From an uncultured Candidatus Saccharibacteria bacterium (lineage in GTDB: Bacteria; Patescibacteriota; Doudnabacteria; UBA920), in assembly GCA_964652865.1 (NCBI GenBank), contig CAZZBG010000002.1, positions 1-27,471 on the forward strand: a DNA stretch of 27,471 bases. The letters run 5' to 3'. Each line of letters opens with the position of its first letter. Position 1 is the first letter of the stretch. The translations under genes were made by a program, and so were the position numbers. Below the pieces are notes generated by a model, which saw nothing but the letters and a program-made list of their open reading frames with translations, ran no database searches and was not told where the DNA came from. Below, piece after piece: positions 24,452 through 27,471 of this stretch.

Positions 24452-24880
24452 ATGAAATTTTTATTACAGCTATTCAAAAAATCTAAACCACGTAAGCTGA
24501 CTTTGGGGGAGCAAGGAGAGCAGTGGGCAGCTGCAGAATACACGAGTCGTGGGTATGTTGTCGTTGGGAGGAATAAAACAAATAGCAAAGGGAAGCAGAT
24601 TGGCGAGTTGGATTTAGTGGTGACCAGTGCAGTTGCGATTATATTCGTCGAAGTTAAAACTCGTACCGCAAGCTCAGAGAAGTATGGTGGTGGGGTGTAT
24701 GCCGTTCATGCTGCAAAAAAAGAGCGCTTGGTTCGCGCTGTACATTATTTTTTGGGGCAGCATCCGGAGTTCGCCAAGCTACGACCTCAAATTGATGTAT
24801 GTATTATAGATGTGACCGATATTGACAGGCAGCTCTATTCTGTTAAAATAGTAGAGAATTCAGTAGAAGATCTGAATTGA
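24452..24880 (+). CDS. yraN: YraN family (UPF0102) endonuclease-fold protein
   Basis: LGEQGEQWAAAEYTSRGY...GELDLV...IFVEVKTR. Start reassigned to ATG 24452. Confidence 0.9.
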   Translation: MKFLLQLFKKSKPRKLTLGEQGEQWAAAEYTSRGYVVVGRNKTNSKGKQIGELDLVVTSAVAIIFVEVKTRTASSEKYGGGVYAVHAAKKERLVRAVHYFLGQHPEFAKLRPQIDVCIIDVTDIDRQLYSVKIVENSVEDLN

Positions 24881-24917
24881 ACCGGTGAGCGCATGCTCTC
24901 CTTTTTTATTAATTAAA

Positions 24918-25015
24918 ACACTGATACACAGATACCTCAGATAACACAGATAATACGTGCGCCATTGTGCCGTATCTGTGTCATTGGTGTAATCTGTGCA
25001 TCTGTGATTATCAGT
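24918..25015. repeat. Inverted element with 8-9-nt periodic arms (CACAGAT/ATCTGTG family)
   Basis: Left arm ACACTGAT ACACAGAT ACCTCAGAT AACACAGAT. Right arm ATCTGTGTC ATTGGTGTA ATCTGTGC ATCTGTG. Confidence 0.85.
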
Positions 25016-26128
25016 ATGAACGAAGCATTAGAACAAGCGTTAAATCAGATTGAAGAAGAAAAAGGTATTTCAAGGCAAGAGATACTTGCCATGATAGAAG
25101 CGTCTCTTGCAGCAGCCTTCCGCAAAGATTACGGTACCAAAGACCAAAATATAGAAGTTGAGTTTAACCCTGAAACCCTTTCTGCCAAAGTATTCGATGT
25201 GAAGATTGTGGCAGAAGTGGTAGAAGATCCGGCGCGTGAAGTAGATGTAGAAGGAGCTCAGGCGCTGCGTGCTGGTGCAGTGGTGGGAGATATTATTCGC
25301 ACCGAAGTCACCCCAGAAGATGGTGTGCAGTACGGACGCATTGCTGCGCAAACTGCCAAGCAGGTTATTATCCAAAAGTTGCGCGAAGCAGAGCGTAACA
25401 TGCAGTTCTCAGACTTCAAGGCAAAAGAGCGTACGTTGGTGAGTGGTATGGTGCAGCGCATCGAAGGTGATACCGTTTTGGTAGATATGGGTAAAGGGAC
25501 CGGTGTGTTGTTCCCGTCCGAGCAGATTCGTGGTGAACACTACACTATTGGTCAGCGTATTAAAGTATTAGTGTTACACGTCGAGCCAGGGCAGCGCGGT
25601 GCCAAAATTACTTTGTCTCGCAGTCATCCTGATATTGTTCGCAAACTGTTTGAGTTGGAAGTGCCAGAAATTTTCAACGGTGTTGTAGAAATAAAAGCAG
25701 TGGCAAGAGAAGCTGGCTCCCGTTCAAAGATTGCAGTATTCTCTACCCAAGAAGGCATAGACCCAATTGGCGCCTGTGTTGGGCAAAAAGGTACTCGGGT
25801 ACAAACAGTCATGGCAGAGCTTGGTGGTGAAAAAATTGATATTATTGAATGGAGTGAAGACCCAGTAAAGTTTATTGCCAACGCGCTTTCACCAGCAAAA
25901 ATCTTGAATGTGCAGTTAAACGAAGAAGAGAAGTCTGCTAATGTCGGCGTGTTAGAAGACCAGCTTTCTTTGGCCATTGGTAAAGCAGGGCAGAACGTGC
26001 GCTTGGCTGCACGGTTGACCGCTTGGAAAATAGATATAAACGGTGAAAAAGTAGAAGCCCCAGCTCCTGCTGTAGAAGAAGCCGCACCAGAACCAGAAGC
26101 CGCACCAGAACAGCCAATTGCAGAATAG
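25016..26128 (+). CDS. nusA: Transcription elongation factor NusA
   Basis: GRIAAQTAKQVIIQKLREAER, S1 domain, KH domains (AREAGSRSKIAV, GACVGQKGTRV, AIGKAGQNVRLAARLT). Start reassigned to ATG 25016. Confidence 0.98.
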   Translation: MNEALEQALNQIEEEKGISRQEILAMIEASLAAAFRKDYGTKDQNIEVEFNPETLSAKVFDVKIVAEVVEDPAREVDVEGAQALRAGAVVGDIIRTEVTPEDGVQYGRIAAQTAKQVIIQKLREAERNMQFSDFKAKERTLVSGMVQRIEGDTVLVDMGKGTGVLFPSEQIRGEHYTIGQRIKVLVLHVEPGQRGAKITLSRSHPDIVRKLFELEVPEIFNGVVEIKAVAREAGSRSKIAVFSTQEGIDPIGACVGQKGTRVQTVMAELGGEKIDIIEWSEDPVKFIANALSPAKILNVQLNEEEKSANVGVLEDQLSLAIGKAGQNVRLAARLTAWKIDINGEKVEAPAPAVEEAAPEPEAAPEQPIAE

Positions 26129-26163
26129 AGAATGGTTCGTAATGAGTTGATAAAAATTATCAT

Positions 26164-26472
26164 ATGATCACGTATACTCGTCAAGTAACAGATACGTCCT
26201 TTATTTGGGTCCAGAAAAAACATGGTGCAAAGAAATTATTGTATATCGGAGCAATGTTTCTTGTGCTTACAATTATATTGATGTATGCCCTGTTGCAAAG
26301 ATATGTATCGGCACTGTTCGTGTATCTACCATTTACCGCACTAGTCGTGCTCGCTCTGTTGGACGCCGGTGATTTGATGTTCTACCAGTGTATCGCCTCA
26401 ATTTCTGGCAAAAAGATAAGTAAGTCGGGAAATTGGTGGACTGGTAATCTGAAATACGAGATAGAGAAATAG
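26164..26472 (+). CDS. Hypothetical small membrane protein (2 TMs)
   Basis: 102-aa ORF with two hydrophobic segments, 35 nt after nusA. Confidence 0.6.
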   Translation: MITYTRQVTDTSFIWVQKKHGAKKLLYIGAMFLVLTIILMYALLQRYVSALFVYLPFTALVVLALLDAGDLMFYQCIASISGKKISKSGNWWTGNLKYEIEK

Positions 26473-26507
26473 GCATGTGGCGTCAACACTACGATGCGTC
26501 TATAAAT

Positions 26508-26545
26508 AAAAACTATCACTCCACTTGCATGAGTGATAGTTTTTT
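26508..26545. terminator. Terminator-like hairpin
   Basis: AAAACTATCACT-CCACTTGCATG-AGTGATAGTTTT with flanking A and T runs. The left coordinate is approximate. Confidence 0.65.
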
Positions 26546-26559
26546 GTTACTATGCACCG

Positions 26560-26660
26560 TATAGATGGGCACCATCTAACACAAGTGTTCTTGTTATCGC
26601 AAAGTGGCTTGTATGCTGTATTTTGCTAAAAGTATATATGTTAGATGGTGCCCATCTATA
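26560..26660. repeat. 22-bp perfect inverted repeat pair upstream of clpP
   Basis: TATAGATGGGCACCATCTAACA (26560-26581) and TGTTAGATGGTGCCCATCTATA (26639-26660), 57 nt apart. Confidence 0.9.
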
Positions 26661-26748
26661 ACTTTTACAGATTAATAAATATATTTAAGTGTTTTGCTTC
26701 GGTATTGTTTTACTAGAAGCTAACACCAATAACCTAACACCTATTTCT

Positions 26749-27321
26749 ATGCCTTTAGTACCATACGTCATTGAAAAATCCTCTACTGGCGAGCGGGGGT
26801 ATGATATTTACAGTCGCTTGCTCAAAGATCGTATTATATTTTTGGGTGAGCCAATCGACGACACCGTAGCCAACTTAGTTATTGCGCAGCTGCTCTTTTT
26901 GGACGCAGAAGGAAAGGGTGATATTAAACTCTACATCAACTCCCCTGGAGGAGTGGTAACATCTGCTTTTGGTATTTACGACACCATGCAGCATATTAAA
27001 AGTGAAGTTACTACTATTTGTGTCGGACAGGCTGCTTCTGCAGCGAGCCTGCTTCTGGCAGCAGGCGCAGCAGGAAAACGATATTCTTTGCCTAACTCAC
27101 GAATAATGATTCACCAAGTCATGGGTGGCGCAGAAGGACAACAGACCGATGTAGAGATTCGCGCTCGCGAAATGCGCAGAGTAAAAGATCGATTGAATGC
27201 AATTTTGTCTAAGCATACTGGTAAAACAGAAAAGCAAATAGAGCAAGATACTGACCGTGATTATTTTATGTCTGCAGAAGAAGCGAAGAAGTACGGCTTG
27301 GTAGACAAGATAATTCAATAA
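26749..27321 (+). CDS. clpP: ATP-dependent Clp protease proteolytic subunit
   Basis: MPLVPYVIE...[22 protein letters not shown], catalytic Ser (AASAAS), His (MIHQ) and Asp (DRDYF). Start reassigned to ATG 26749. Confidence 0.98.
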   Translation: MPLVPYVIEKSSTGERGYDIYSRLLKDRIIFLGEPIDDTVANLVIAQLLFLDAEGKGDIKLYINSPGGVVTSAFGIYDTMQHIKSEVTTICVGQAASAASLLLAAGAAGKRYSLPNSRIMIHQVMGGAEGQQTDVEIRAREMRRVKDRLNAILSKHTGKTEKQIEQDTDRDYFMSAEEAKKYGLVDKIIQ

Positions 27322-27431
27322 ACCACAGATACTCGGATAAAACCGATGACACAGATAAATCCTATTCTGCTTGCAGAATAGGATTTAGTATTACACCCGA
27401 GTATCCTGTGACAGCAGTGAATCTGTGGTTT
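27320..27431. repeat. Second CACAGAT/ATCTGTG element with a perfect central hairpin
   Basis: AAACCACAGAT/ATCTGTGGTTT outer pair, GATACTCGG/CCGAGTATC, and centre TAAATCCTATTCTGC-TT-GCAGAATAGGATTTA. Confidence 0.85.
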
Positions 27432-27444
27432 ATAATACCGAAGC

Positions 27445-27471
27445 ATGAAAGATAAGATATTTACCATTGTA
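27445..27471 (+). CDS. Possible start of the next gene (MKDKIFTIV...), truncated by the window edge
   Basis: ATG 8 nt downstream of a GTGACA-17-TATAAT promoter match. Only 9 codons are visible. Confidence 0.35.

Noticed and set aside
1946-26748. N-terminal extensions given by the ORF track for pilin 2, pilin 6, sod, yraN, nusA and clpP
   Set aside because: They overlap upstream genes, repeats or terminators. Downstream ATGs match family N-termini better.

Overview
Bacterial chromosomal segment, mostly + strand. It most resembles a Patescibacteria (CPR) genome, inferred from the tandem TrbC/VirB2-like pilin genes, a short SMC, many starts without a Shine-Dalgarno (SD) sequence and trimmed ribosomal operons. 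From left to right it holds: a partial divergent membrane-protein gene; six TrbC/VirB2-type (T4SS_pilin-like) genes, five fused to extracellular cargo (an M15-type Zn peptidase, a peptidoglycan-binding domain, Ig/IPT-like or unknown domains); tRNA-Leu(UAG); ftsH; tRNA-Val(GAC); rnc; an 872-aa SMC apparently lacking a hinge; rpsP; a beta-helix/NBR1-Ig surface protein; khpA; trmD; an RluD-type pseudouridine synthase; rplS; sod and ahpC on the - strand; a 6S-like structured RNA candidate; rny; a membrane protein; mazEF; ymdB; a SAM methyltransferase; a membrane protein; yraN; nusA; a small membrane protein; and clpP. Intergenic regions hold several hairpin elements whose arms are periodic 6-9 nt repeats, and a 22-bp perfect inverted repeat lies upstream of clpP. 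I found no CRISPR array, transposase, integrase or rRNA. All family assignments come from reading motifs by eye; no database search was run.
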